48,606 nucleotides of DNA from the NCBI GenBank assembly GCA_040390065.1, contig JAZJZE010000034.1:1-48606 (forward strand). Reading direction: 5' to 3'. The notes beneath the pieces are model-generated. The model worked only from the letters and a program-made list of their open reading frames with translations. It was not told the DNA's origin and made no database searches. Shown in pieces: positions 25,007 through 34,542 of the stretch. A program made the position numbers and the translations under genes. Source of the DNA: a bacterium. Its GTDB lineage: Archaea > Thermoplasmatota > E2 > JACPAO01 > JAHFTW01. Every line of letters begins with the position of its first letter. Position 1 is the first letter of the stretch.

Positions 25007-27028
25007 CTACTTGTGGAACCGGCCGGAGCGAACCGGCTCGGTGTCGATGCCGACGCCATGGAGAGAGGTCTGCGCGTTGCAGGTCCCGCTCACGCGGATG
25101 CCCGCGGCGTAGTACGTGCCCTCGCCCTGGCCGACCTGCGCCTCGACGAACTCAGCTTCCTGGGTCGCCTGGCCCGTGAGGGTCCGGGTGGTGGTGGTCT
25201 TGTAGGTCGTGTTGAAGTTGCGGAACAGCCGGACGATGACAGTCTGCGCGGCCTCGCCGCCGACCAGCGCCCACGCCTTGCGCAGCCGCCGCTCGTTGCG
25301 GGTCGTGCCGAACTGGAACCACGCCGACCGCCAGTTCCACGAGATGTCCGTGGTCAGCGTCGACGAGCCGCCGTCGGTGTCGTCGTCGGTGTAGGTCTCG
25401 TTGCCCGGGTCGTCGCGGAGCTGGAACATGGTCGGGTACTTCGACCCGCCCAGCGCGGAGATGTCGGTCGAGAAGAACAGCCGCTCGGTCCCGCCGTCCT
25501 CGCCGATGTCCATGTCCATGATGGGCAGGCCCAGCTCCCACCAGCTCCCGGTCCGTGGGTCGTAGACGATGGTCGTCGACGTGGTCGGGGCCGAGGGGTC
25601 GGGGAGCGAAATCCACAGGCGGCCGTCGTGGCCGACCAGGGTCGGGAAGGCGTTGTTGGCGTGGCCGATGCTGTCGTCCAGCTGGTCCTTCAGCCACTTG
25701 CGAATCTTCTCCATGCCGGGCACGGGTTGGATGGACGTGCCGTCGGTGACGGTGAGCACGCCGTGGCGGCCGAGCTGGTAGACCAGCCCGTCCAGCTCAC
25801 AGATGGCCTTCGGGCCGACCGAGCCGTAGTCGCCCAGCTTGCGCAGGGACCACGTGGACTCGTTCGTGCCGGACAGGACGTAGCTCTGCCAGCGGCCAGC
25901 GATGATGAGGTAGTTGCCGAACGAGTAGAGCGCGCGGATGGCGTCGCCCTTCCCGGAGAAGGGGACCGTGAACCACCCGCCGCCGTCGCCCTCGTTGTCG
26001 TCGACTGCGGCCCAGTCCTTCGGGCGGAAGTCCAGGTCGGAGATGAGCGCGTCGCGCTCGGGCTTGGCCGGGGAGCTGTACTGGAGGCGCGCCCAGTTGT
26101 CGCTGTCGTCGCGGCGCAGCCACAACCGGTTCCCGTGGTAGGCGCCGACGCTCGTCTTCGCGGCAGCGGGGTTGTAGAACCAGTCGTCGTTCAGGTCCCC
26201 GTCGGCGTTCTTGACGTTCTGCAGGCGGCGGTTCTTCCAGTAGGTGGCCGTGTCCGCGCCGTCGCCCGGCGAGTTGCCTGCCGCGGCGGTGTGGGACAGG
26301 ATGCACTCCCACGAGCGCCAGTACGTCTGGCCCCCGATGGCGACCTTGTTGCTCACGCGCTCGCCCTTGCTGTAGCGCGCCCCGCTCTCCCAGGTCTTGT
26401 AGCGGATGTCGCGCGCGGCCTTGTAGTACACGGAGGAGATGACCACGTCGTCGCCCTTGCGGAAGGCGTAGTTGCGCGCCTTCTCGCTCGCCCCGGGGGA
26501 GATGGAGTCGACCCACGTGTCGGCCGAGGGCGTGGTCGGCGAGGCCTTCCAGCCGTTGGTTGGATGCCATGAGTAGGGCAGCTCGCCCCGGGTCCCGCCA
26601 TAGAACGTGCCCTCCACGACGGCGCCCCAGTGCTCGGTCTTCGCCTTGGTCCACGCGCGGTCCACCGTGTCGACCCGCGTGAACGAGTCGTTGACCAGGT
26701 CGTAGGCGTAGATGCGGATGTTGTTCGCGGCTGCGTCGGTGTTGTTGGTCAGCACGCACATGAGGTACCGCTTCCGGGTGCCGGAGTCGATGACCTCGTA
26801 GTAGTAGACCTGGCGAATCCAGTGGGTCGTGATGCCCGAGAGGCGAGCGGCCGAGGCGATGCGGCTGAAGCCCGCGCGGACGCGCAGCTCGTTGCCCCAC
26901 GGCTCGGGCAGCAGGTTGAGCGCGGCCGGGGTGGCGCTCATCGGCACCGCGGCCTCGGCCGGGTCGGGGGTGTACCCGCCCGTGAGGTCCGACAGCTCTA
27001 TGCGGTTGGGTGCAACTTCGATGGGCAC
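25007..27028 (-). CDS. Tail nozzle/stabilisation protein (T7 gp12- or P22 gp10-like) with a carbohydrate-binding-like insert
   Basis: GGAGAGGA RBS + GTG; beta-propeller-like motifs (YHGNRLW, LQYS, GSVGPKAI, IVYD..SWW). Confidence 0.75.
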   Translation of the reverse strand: MPIEVAPNRIELSDLTGGYTPDPAEAAVPMSATPAALNLLPEPWGNELRVRAGFSRIASAARLSGITTHWIRQVYYYEVIDSGTRKRYLMCVLTNNTDAAANNIRIYAYDLVNDSFTRVDTVDRAWTKAKTEHWGAVVEGTFYGGTRGELPYSWHPTNGWKASPTTPSADTWVDSISPGASEKARNYAFRKGDDVVISSVYYKAARDIRYKTWESGARYSKGERVSNKVAIGGQTYWRSWECILSHTAAAGNSPGDGADTATYWKNRRLQNVKNADGDLNDDWFYNPAAAKTSVGAYHGNRLWLRRDDSDNWARLQYSSPAKPERDALISDLDFRPKDWAAVDDNEGDGGGWFTVPFSGKGDAIRALYSFGNYLIIAGRWQSYVLSGTNESTWSLRKLGDYGSVGPKAICELDGLVYQLGRHGVLTVTDGTSIQPVPGMEKIRKWLKDQLDDSIGHANNAFPTLVGHDGRLWISLPDPSAPTTSTTIVYDPRTGSWWELGLPIMDMDIGEDGGTERLFFSTDISALGGSKYPTMFQLRDDPGNETYTDDDTDGGSSTLTTDISWNWRSAWFQFGTTRNERRLRKAWALVGGEAAQTVIVRLFRNFNTTYKTTTTRTLTGQATQEAEFVEAQVGQGEGTYYAAGIRVSGTCNAQTSLHGVGIDTEPVRSGRFHK

Positions 27029-27039
27029 GCGGTCCTCTC

Positions 27040-27477
27040 CTACAGAGCTTGCATGGTCAGGTTGACGGGGCTGGGCGGGTGCTCGCAGAACTTCTCGCCC
27101 CGGTCCCACAGGGTCCAGAAGCACTTGTCGACCGCCTGCCAGTGCACGTCCTCGGTGACGGGGCACTCGCCCAGGGCCGAGGGGCTGAACTTGGTGCACT
27201 GGAGCGAGGTGTTCAGGCCGCACCAGGGGGACGTGCACTCGGTGAGGACCTGGTAGAATCCCTGCCACGGGAGCACGTCGTGCTCCACGATGATGAAGTC
27301 GTAGCCCTCGGACCACAGCGCCCGGAAGAGGCGGCTGTACTCGAACGGGTCGCCGCTGACGTAGTCCCCTACGGGGTGCCACTCAGCCGCCACCCCCTGC
27401 ATCTGAAGGTTGCGCTCCATCGCGCGGTGCGCCACTGGGTCGTACTCCCAGTTCGCGTAGGGGACGACGACGCGCAT
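27040..27477 (-). CDS. Small GT-A-like glycosyltransferase
   Basis: MRVVVPY start, FIIVEHDVLP (DxD-like), SLQCTKFS; TAATG coupling to the fibre gene. Confidence 0.6.
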   Translation of the reverse strand: MRVVVPYANWEYDPVAHRAMERNLQMQGVAAEWHPVGDYVSGDPFEYSRLFRALWSEGYDFIIVEHDVLPWQGFYQVLTECTSPWCGLNTSLQCTKFSPSALGECPVTEDVHWQAVDKCFWTLWDRGEKFCEHPPSPVNLTMQAL

Positions 27478-30317
27478 TAGCGGAGGAGTGTCTGCATGTA
27501 GGCAATGTAGTCCAAGTAGAAGAACCTGGACGTGGTACCCGCCGACTTGATGATGCCGCATTCGTAGCCGTAGGGGTTGCTCGTGCCCGAGCTGGGCGAG
27601 GACTGCGTGCTCACGAGCACATCGTTGATGTAGAACGTGATGGAGTTGACTCCCGCAGCGGCGGTGATTCGGATTTCCAGCTTGTACCAGGTGCTGGCCA
27701 GCACGGTGACGCTCGAAGTCGAGTTGGCCCCGTTGAGCTGGCACTGCCACTTGCCCGAGTCCACGCTGTCGATGTACGAGAACTCGACGTTGCGGGCAGC
27801 CGCTGCCGTCAGTGAGCCTGTGTCGGTGAGCCCGAACCGGATGGTGTACCGGTTGGTCGAGTCCGAGAGGTTGGTCTCGGTGCGGAGCCAGCAGACGAGC
27901 CGGAGTTCGCCCGTCCCCAGGATGATGTTCTTGGGCGCGTCCGACTCCGTGGTGACCCCGGCCTTGCCCACCGAGGTCGTACCGGTGGCCCCTCGGTAGA
28001 TGCCCGGGTGCTCGGCTTCGTGGATGGTGTTCGCGCTGCCCATGACCGCGCTCGTGCCGGTGTTGGTAATGGCAATCCCGTTCAGGGCCGCTGCCTGCCC
28101 CGTCAGGAAGTCCTCTTCCTGGAAGGCGCGGTCTCCCGCGAACTTGTGGTTGATGTAGGACCCGAACCCGGTACCCGAGGCCGAGACCTCCTGGGCCAGC
28201 TCCTGAAGAGCGGCCGAGAGCGTCGTCGCGGTGATGATGCTGGCCGCGTCGGTGATGGGGATTTCGGTGTCGTCGAGGGTGATGTTGGCCTCGGTGGCCG
28301 GGGATGAGGTCACGTCGAACCCGGGGCCGAAGTCCAGGGTCGCCACGGCGGAGTCGACGGTGGCGTCCTCCTCCTGCACGGTGAGCGCGCCGGTCGGGCC
28401 CGCCGGGCCCACGCCGTTGGCGGTGTAGGCGAAGCGGACCATGAGCACGCGCGCAGCGCCCGTCGCAGTGTCGACGCCGGTCCCTGCGTTACGCTCGACG
28501 TTCACCTTGACCAGAGCGCCAGCGGCGGACGGCGTGAAGGTGGTATCCAGCGTGGTCAGCTTGACTGTGGTGGAGTCGGCGACCGTGGTGCCCGCAGCCG
28601 CGAGGCTGGAGACCTCGGCCGGGCTGTCGCCCACGGCCAGCTCGGACTCCGAGAGGAGCCAGCGCACATCGCCGGAGGAGGTCGAGGTATACCAGTAGAT
28701 GGCGCACGTGATGGCCGTTCCGGCCTTCCAGTCCCCCGGCACGACGTAGCTGCCGAAGAACCCGGTGCGGTTGCCCACCTCGGTGTGGACCGTCTGCGAG
28801 ACCAGGTCCGGGCTCGTGCCGGTGTTGCCGAGCGTGGCGTCGTCGTAGGACACCTCGTCCGGGCTGAGGTAGAAGTAGCGGGTGGCCGTGGCCACGCCGC
28901 CGATTTCGGCAAGGACTGCCTCCACGTCCGTGCCGGTGAAGTAGTTGGCGGTGTCGAGGACGCTGATGGCCGAGGCGTCGTGGGCGTCGGTCGTATCGGT
29001 GAGGTGGCCGAGGAACGTGATGGCGTCGGTCGAGTCCCACAGCGGCCGCCACCGCGTAGACGTGCCGTCGTACCAGAGGGCCATCATCTCGCCCTCTTGC
29101 ATGGTCATGTCGCTGGCGCCCGAGATGCGGTACGCGGCGGTCGACGTGCCCGCGTTCACCTTCAGGGTCACGCGGTCGGCGCCCAGGTTCACGATGTAGA
29201 GAATCTTGCCAGCCACGCCGCCCTGGATGCCCTTGATTTGCCAGTCGGCGTTCGGGGTCACGCGGATGACCGAGGCCGCGGCGTAGCCGGTCGGGGCCCA
29301 GTCGTCCACGTCGGCCGAAAGGCTCGCGTTGATGGAGCCGCTAATCTTGAACGGGCCGAGCTGCACGTCGACGCTGTCGGGGATTAGGGCGTTCGTATCG
29401 TGGTCATGCGCGCCGCCCGCTGCGGCGGCGGCAATCCACTCGCCAGGCGTGGAGTCCCAGGTGAGCACGTCCCCGTTGGTGGGGGACGGGGAGGTGTTCG
29501 CGTCGGCGTGGTCGAGGATGTCGTGGTCGGAGCCGTCCGACCCGCCCCCGCCGCCAGCCCCCAACTCCTGAAGGGCCGCTTCGACCTCGGTGCCCGTGAA
29601 GTAGTTGCCCGCATCCACGATGCTGACGGCGCTCGCGTCGTGCGCGTCGGTCGTGTCGCCCGTGTGGGCGTCCAGCTCGGCCTGGGTCGCCATGTCCGCG
29701 GCGAACGAGGGGTTGGGGTAGGTGCCCCCGAGCACGCCGCCCGCGGCGTCGCCGTCGTTGACCGCGTCGCTGTGCGCCCCGGTGTAGCCGGTGCCGTGGG
29801 CGTGGCGGTGGTCCGACCGGGCTGGGGTCGATGCGGAACCATCGGCCGCGGTGGCGGCCACGGCCACCGGGTAGCTGGAAGAGGGGGCCGGGTAGGCGTG
29901 CTGGTGGTCCGCGTTCGGGACCTCGACGGAGCTACCAGCCGCAGCGGCGTCCCCGATGTCGATGGAGGAGAGGTCGCCCGACTCGGCGGCGTTGTGGTCC
30001 CCCTGGTCGTGGGCCTGGTTGTGGTGGTCGTTCGGGGACACGTCCTCCAGCTCGTCGTGGCTGGTGACTGCGGCCCCGCCCGTGATTTCGATGACCTCGC
30101 CGTCGACCCCGTTCTCCAGGCCGACGTGCTCGGCGATGGCGTCCACGTCCCCGGCGAGCCGGTTGAACTCGTCGACGATGCCCTTCGCATCCCCCGAGAG
30201 GGAGTCGAAGTTCTCCTGTGACGCCTTGATGATGCGGTCCAGAAGCTTGCGCAGGTCCGCCTCGCTCATGTTCTTCATGTCGAACGGGAGCGAGGAGAAG
30301 CGAGCGTGGCGGGGCAC
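27477..30317 (-). CDS. Tail fibre/receptor-binding protein (946 aa)
   Basis: N-terminal coiled coil; ARSDHRH and GTYPNPS fibre motifs; three spacer repeats; beta-rich C-terminal domain. Confidence 0.8.
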   Translation of the reverse strand: MPRHARFSSLPFDMKNMSEADLRKLLDRIIKASQENFDSLSGDAKGIVDEFNRLAGDVDAIAEHVGLENGVDGEVIEITGGAAVTSHDELEDVSPNDHHNQAHDQGDHNAAESGDLSSIDIGDAAAAGSSVEVPNADHQHAYPAPSSSYPVAVAATAADGSASTPARSDHRHAHGTGYTGAHSDAVNDGDAAGGVLGGTYPNPSFAADMATQAELDAHTGDTTDAHDASAVSIVDAGNYFTGTEVEAALQELGAGGGGGSDGSDHDILDHADANTSPSPTNGDVLTWDSTPGEWIAAAAAGGAHDHDTNALIPDSVDVQLGPFKISGSINASLSADVDDWAPTGYAAASVIRVTPNADWQIKGIQGGVAGKILYIVNLGADRVTLKVNAGTSTAAYRISGASDMTMQEGEMMALWYDGTSTRWRPLWDSTDAITFLGHLTDTTDAHDASAISVLDTANYFTGTDVEAVLAEIGGVATATRYFYLSPDEVSYDDATLGNTGTSPDLVSQTVHTEVGNRTGFFGSYVVPGDWKAGTAITCAIYWYTSTSSGDVRWLLSESELAVGDSPAEVSSLAAAGTTVADSTTVKLTTLDTTFTPSAAGALVKVNVERNAGTGVDTATGAARVLMVRFAYTANGVGPAGPTGALTVQEEDATVDSAVATLDFGPGFDVTSSPATEANITLDDTEIPITDAASIITATTLSAALQELAQEVSASGTGFGSYINHKFAGDRAFQEEDFLTGQAAALNGIAITNTGTSAVMGSANTIHEAEHPGIYRGATGTTSVGKAGVTTESDAPKNIILGTGELRLVCWLRTETNLSDSTNRYTIRFGLTDTGSLTAAAARNVEFSYIDSVDSGKWQCQLNGANSTSSVTVLASTWYKLEIRITAAAGVNSITFYINDVLVSTQSSPSSGTSNPYGYECGIIKSAGTTSRFFYLDYIAYMQTLLR

Positions 30318-31186
30318 TACTCACCTCCAAGGCGGATGGTCCGCAAGTCGTAGGGCAGGTCGTTCCGGTGGAAGTGGCGCCGGAGGTAGAACGGGTTCAC
30401 AGCGGGCTCAGCAGCGCCGACGGACAGGACGCCCCCACCCGCGACCTTCACGTCGAGCGCGTCGTCGGGCCAGTCGTTCGTGGCGATGGTGCTCACCGCG
30501 CTCACGAGAGCACCCGCGCCGGTCGCGTAGCCCCCGCGCAGCCCGTCGTAGTTGTTGCTGGTTGCCCGGCGGCTCAGGTTCGTACTGGCGGTGAGTCCTG
30601 CGATGGTGTGCGTGAGGCCCGTGGTGTTATCTGCTGTGGTGCCGGACTCTCCGGCTGCTACAAGGAACCACTCGTCGACTGCGGGCGTCGACGTGGTCGT
30701 CGACGTGGCGGAGGCGGCGCTGCTCAGCCCCTCGTCCTGCTCTGCCGTGGTGGGTGCTGTGAGCGAGGGCGTGTCCGACCCGGCGAACCACCAGGCTACG
30801 GCGCCTAGGTTCTCATCCACGGAGGCCAGGCCGTCTAGGAAAGTGCCGCCGCCGGACTGGCTGTATCCCGCGGTAGAGACGATTTCCGCCGCAAGGGCGG
30901 CGGAGATGCTGTACTTTGTCCACACCGCTTGCCACGTGTCTAGGGTGTTGACGCCGGTCCCAATCTCGAACGAGTCCACGAACTCCAGGTCGCTAGACTC
31001 GGACCCCGCGGCGAGCTGGACAACGTAGTCGCCGATGCCAGACACAACGCCGACCCCGGCGAGAAGCGTACAGATGAGGATGCAGCCCTCTACTACATCT
31101 GCGGGTAGAACCCCGATGATGGGGAGCGAAAGCCCCCCGCCGTTGAGTCCCGACTCGGATGCCTGGCCTAGAAGCGTGAGGGCCAC
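30317..31186 (-). CDS. Putative minor virion protein
   Basis: Ala/Ser/Thr/Gly-rich beta-type sequence between the adaptor and the fibre. Confidence 0.6.
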   Translation of the reverse strand: MALTLLGQASESGLNGGGLSLPIIGVLPADVVEGCILICTLLAGVGVVSGIGDYVVQLAAGSESSDLEFVDSFEIGTGVNTLDTWQAVWTKYSISAALAAEIVSTAGYSQSGGGTFLDGLASVDENLGAVAWWFAGSDTPSLTAPTTAEQDEGLSSAASATSTTTSTPAVDEWFLVAAGESGTTADNTTGLTHTIAGLTASTNLSRRATSNNYDGLRGGYATGAGALVSAVSTIATNDWPDDALDVKVAGGGVLSVGAAEPAVNPFYLRRHFHRNDLPYDLRTIRLGGE

Positions 31187-31189
31187 GGG

Positions 31190-31924
31190 CTAGCCCAGCG
31201 TCGGCGGGATGCGCTCGACCCGCGGCATCATGCGGTAGCGCGGCAGCGGCTGCTCGCGCCCCCACGCCACGGTCTCGTCGATGTTGAACCCCTTCAGGTC
31301 CTTGCGGGCCTGGTCGAGCACCATGCGGTAGATGCCGAACTGCTCGTTCGCCTTCTGCGAGATGGCCAGCTCCTTGAGGAACAGCTTGCCGGTCGCCCAG
31401 GCCACGATGGCCTCCTGATACTCGGTCGGAATCATGGGCTCCTCGGAGACGCCCGTCAGCACCGTGGGCACGGCCATGTACTGGGCCTCCACGTCGTACT
31501 CGGCGTCCGCGGTCGGGATGACCTTGGCCGTGTAGATGGTCGGCGGGGCCTCGTCGTCCGGCAGGTTCGACTTCGTGATGTAGTAGTACCGGGGCGAGCC
31601 CGTCCGGTTGAAGTAGGTCTGGCGCAGGCGGAAGCCCTCCTGCGGCGTCACGCGCTCCAGCGAGCGCGGCGTGATGAGGTTGTCACCCGAGATGGTGATG
31701 TTGAAGACCCGGGTGAGGCTGATGTCGGAGGGCAGGTCGAGGTCGGTCGTAGCGGCCGCGATTGAGCTGGTCCACTCCGTGACGAGGAACGGCCAGGGCT
31801 CCTCCGCGGCGAACCGCCGGATGCCCTCGTTGATGGCCCGGTCGACCTCGTCGGTCGTGTAGAAGTCAGCGGTCAGCTCGTTGACGCGCTCGCGCACTTC
31901 CAGGCGCAGGTCTGCGAGGTCCAC
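31190..31924 (-). CDS. Head-tail adaptor (tail tubular protein A-like)
   Basis: VDLADLRLEVRERV..AINEG..WPFL, GSPRYY, IPTEYQEAIV; GAGG RBS. Confidence 0.8.
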   Translation of the reverse strand: MDLADLRLEVRERVNELTADFYTTDEVDRAINEGIRRFAAEEPWPFLVTEWTSSIAAATTDLDLPSDISLTRVFNITISGDNLITPRSLERVTPQEGFRLRQTYFNRTGSPRYYYITKSNLPDDEAPPTIYTAKVIPTADAEYDVEAQYMAVPTVLTGVSEEPMIPTEYQEAIVAWATGKLFLKELAISQKANEQFGIYRMVLDQARKDLKGFNIDETVAWGREQPLPRYRMMPRVERIPPTLG

Positions 31925-31925
31925 G

Positions 31926-32264
31926 CTAGAACACCTCTTTCGGTCCCTCGGGTCGCATCGGCCGGGCATTCCCCGGCTTGGGGTCGTGCTCGTCGTTCCA
32001 TGTGCGGATGGCTTTGGTCCCGTCCGGGTCGCCCGGGCCCGCCAGCTCCTTGGCCGTCGGCAGGAACAGGTCCCGCACAGCCGAGCTGCCGCCACGCTCG
32101 CGCTCCCGCGCGAGACCGACGACTTGGTAGCCGACCCCCTCGGCGCGGTAGTCGCGCCGGAGAGAGCCGCTACAGTCGTCCGGCCCCGAGTGGCACCGAG
32201 TCTTCCCCCGTACGGAGGACTCGAAACGGTGCCCCTCGGAGCATTCGTAGACGTAGGTCGCCAT
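31926..32264 (-). CDS. FmdB-like Zn-ribbon protein
   Basis: MATYVYECSEGHRFE...C...CSG. Confidence 0.7.
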   Translation of the reverse strand: MATYVYECSEGHRFESSVRGKTRCHSGPDDCSGSLRRDYRAEGVGYQVVGLARERERGGSSAVRDLFLPTAKELAGPGDPDGTKAIRTWNDEHDPKPGNARPMRPEGPKEVF

Positions 32265-32265
32265 C

Positions 32266-32682
32266 TTACGTGAGGTCCAGGAACAGCACCAGGATGCCGT
32301 CGTTCGCGCCGAAGTCCGCGGCAGTGAACGTGATGGTGCCTGACCCGATGGTGGCGTCGGTCAGTGCCACGCTCGTCAGGTTCGGCGTCGCATCCTTGAA
32401 GATGGCGATGAGCTGGTCGCCCACGGCGATGCCTGTGACGGTCACGGGGTTGCCGTGTGCCACGTTCACGTCGCCGGAGGCGAAGTGCTTGACCGCCGAG
32501 AAGGCGTTCGCCAGACCAGCCACAACGTGGGCCGATGAGGTGTCGCCTGTGTGGGCGTCGATTTCCGCCTGGGTCGCGGCGAGCGCGTCCAGCCGGTTGT
32601 CGGCGTCAGCCACGTTCCCCCCGGTCCCGATGACGCTTCCGTCTCCGAGGCCGAGGATGGCCTGTGTCGTTCCGTGTGCCAT
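32266..32682 (-). CDS. Putative head fibre/decoration protein (MAHGTTQAIL...)
   Basis: GGAGGAG RBS; shares ATQAE(I/L)DAHTGDT with the tail fibre. Confidence 0.65.
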   Translation of the reverse strand: MAHGTTQAILGLGDGSVIGTGGNVADADNRLDALAATQAEIDAHTGDTSSAHVVAGLANAFSAVKHFASGDVNVAHGNPVTVTGIAVGDQLIAIFKDATPNLTSVALTDATIGSGTITFTAADFGANDGILVLFLDLT

Positions 32683-32690
32683 GTCTCCTC

Positions 32691-33110
32691 CTAGAAGCGG
32701 TAGTCGCCCGCGGTCTCGTAGTACACCACGACCGTGTAGCTGGATGACGGCACGCCCGCGTCGACGGAGCACCGCACGTGGGTCACGTCGATGTAGACCT
32801 CGCCGGTCTCCCCGCTGGAGACTGCCGTGTCCGTGTCGTCCACCACCGCGGGTCCCTGGACGTGGCGCATGACGCCGTCGCCCAAGGTCGCGGAGTAGAA
32901 CAGCGAGTCGCCGATGTCGTACTCCAGCTCGACGCTGTCGTAGTTCAGCTCGTTGAGCGACACCTGCGGCGCACCGCCGGGGCTCTCGGTCATCTGAACG
33001 GCTCTCAGGACGGACGGTCTGGTCGCGGCGGTCGGCGTGATGCGCGTGTCAGTCTCACCGTAGCCGAAGCTGTCGGTGGTGACGCTGATGGTTGCCTTCC
33101 GCAGGGTCAT
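32691..33110 (-). CDS. Small virion protein, paralog family member 3
   Basis: Similar length and termini to 33112-33501 and 34543-35025. Confidence 0.65.
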   Translation of the reverse strand: MTLRKATISVTTDSFGYGETDTRITPTAATRPSVLRAVQMTESPGGAPQVSLNELNYDSVELEYDIGDSLFYSATLGDGVMRHVQGPAVVDDTDTAVSSGETGEVYIDVTHVRCSVDAGVPSSSYTVVVYYETAGDYRF

Positions 33111-33111
33111 G

Positions 33112-33501
33112 TTACACCTCGACCATCAGCTCAACGGTGATGCTGTCCGTCGCGCCTGAGGCGGTGGCCAGTGTGACGGTCACCGGGCTCTTGACCACGA
33201 CAGCGCCGCCGGACTGGTCGGTTGCGGTCGCGCCGGTCTGGAGCATCGAGTCAGGGGCGAACGGCTGAACCGTGGTCGCCACACCGAGGACGTTGTTGCC
33301 CGTCAGCGTGCCCAGCACGTCGAGCGTGGTACCGACCAGGAAGTCGATGCCGTCGGCGTCGGTCAGGGTGATGTCCACGGTGCCCGAGCCGCCGTAGCCG
33401 CGGATGCCGCAGATACGGGCGTAGGTGGCGCCGAGGGCAATGGAGCCCGAACCAGCGTTGCTCGCGCACGTGATGGTCACGCTCTTCTTCTTGTAAGCCA
33501 T
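33112..33501 (-). CDS. Small virion protein, paralog family member 2
   Basis: LGATYAR, TDADG, KSPVT and VEV motifs shared with 34543-35025. Confidence 0.7.
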   Translation of the reverse strand: MAYKKKSVTITCASNAGSGSIALGATYARICGIRGYGGSGTVDITLTDADGIDFLVGTTLDVLGTLTGNNVLGVATTVQPFAPDSMLQTGATATDQSGGAVVVKSPVTVTLATASGATDSITVELMVEV

Positions 33502-33565
33502 TGTCTGTCTCCTACTCCGCCACTCGTTTCCCTAGATGGTGCGCGCGGAGTCCTAGATGCACGTC

Positions 33566-33593
33566 GAGCCAGGCCCCGGGTGGGGCCTGGCTC
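33566..33593 (-). terminator. Stem-loop, possible terminator or attenuator
   Basis: GAGCCAGGCCCC-N4-GGGGCCTGGCTC, a 12-bp stem after a stop codon; no U-tract. Confidence 0.6.
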
Positions 33594-33602
33594 TGTGCGT
33601 GG

Positions 33603-34541
33603 TTAGCTGACGACGACCGTTCCGCGGGCGCTCCAAGGACCGACGTTGCCGTCGGCGGTCTTGTAGGCCGCGTAGCAGGCGTACGTTGCAGCGGCGAGTC
33701 CGCTGAGGCCGGTGATGTTGGCCTCAGTCGTCGCGTCGAAGTCACCCTTCGCCACGAGCGCGAGGTCCTCATCGGTGTCCGTGCCCCGCGCGAAGATGTA
33801 CACCACCATGCCAGCGAGGCCGAGGGCCCCACCCGTGATGTCATCTGCGTGCAGGTCTCCGGTCACAACGCCGACGCCGTCGCCGACGCTGACAGTCCCG
33901 GAGTTGGGGTTGGCCGCCTCCTGGATGACCGGAACCGGGATGCGCGCCGAGCCGGAGACCTTGGTCTTCCCGCTCGATGCCACCGTGACGGTGCCCGATG
34001 CCGACGTGACGCGAGTACCGCGCCCAGCCGAGCCGAGCGCCCCGCCAACACGGCCGGAGTCGCTGCGCTTGTCGATGAAGGCCGCAGCGCCGCCGTCGCC
34101 CGTCAGGCTGGAGCCTGTCGCGGCAGCGCCGCGCTGTCCGACGCGCTGCGCCGGGTAGCCAGCGACTGAGCCGCCGAACGTGCCGTTCCCGCGGAACACC
34201 TGGCGTCCGCCGTCGGCGGTCGCGCCCGGGTTCGGGCGGAGAGTGCGGGTCCCGCCCGCGCCCATGCCGAATCCGGTGGCGTCGCCGTCGACGCCCCAGC
34301 TGTTGCCCTGGCGGTACCCGGTCGAGGCGTCAACTCCGCCCGCTCCGGTTCCACCGATGGCGTGTTCGTCAGCCGTGGTGTCGCGCATGTGGTCGATGGC
34401 AGCAGCACTCAGCACGGGGCCGATGTAGATGCCGCCAGCGGCGCCACGAAGCGCGCCCTTCGGCTTCGAGGTCGTGCGCTCCTTGATGAGGTTCTTCGCC
34501 GTGACTTCGGGGTTGTGAAGTTCCTTGTCCACGTTGGACAT
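33603..34541 (-). CDS. Gly-rich virion structural protein with a beta-sandwich-like C-terminus
   Basis: Composition and location in the capsid operon; GGAGG RBS. Confidence 0.65.
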   Translation of the reverse strand: MSNVDKELHNPEVTAKNLIKERTTSKPKGALRGAAGGIYIGPVLSAAAIDHMRDTTADEHAIGGTGAGGVDASTGYRQGNSWGVDGDATGFGMGAGGTRTLRPNPGATADGGRQVFRGNGTFGGSVAGYPAQRVGQRGAAATGSSLTGDGGAAAFIDKRSDSGRVGGALGSAGRGTRVTSASGTVTVASSGKTKVSGSARIPVPVIQEAANPNSGTVSVGDGVGVVTGDLHADDITGGALGLAGMVVYIFARGTDTDEDLALVAKGDFDATTEANITGLSGLAAATYACYAAYKTADGNVGPWSARGTVVVS

Positions 34542-34542
34542 G

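Noticed and set aside
27477-30317. Diversity-generating retroelement target
   Set aside because: No reverse transcriptase, and the repeats do not differ specifically at adenines.
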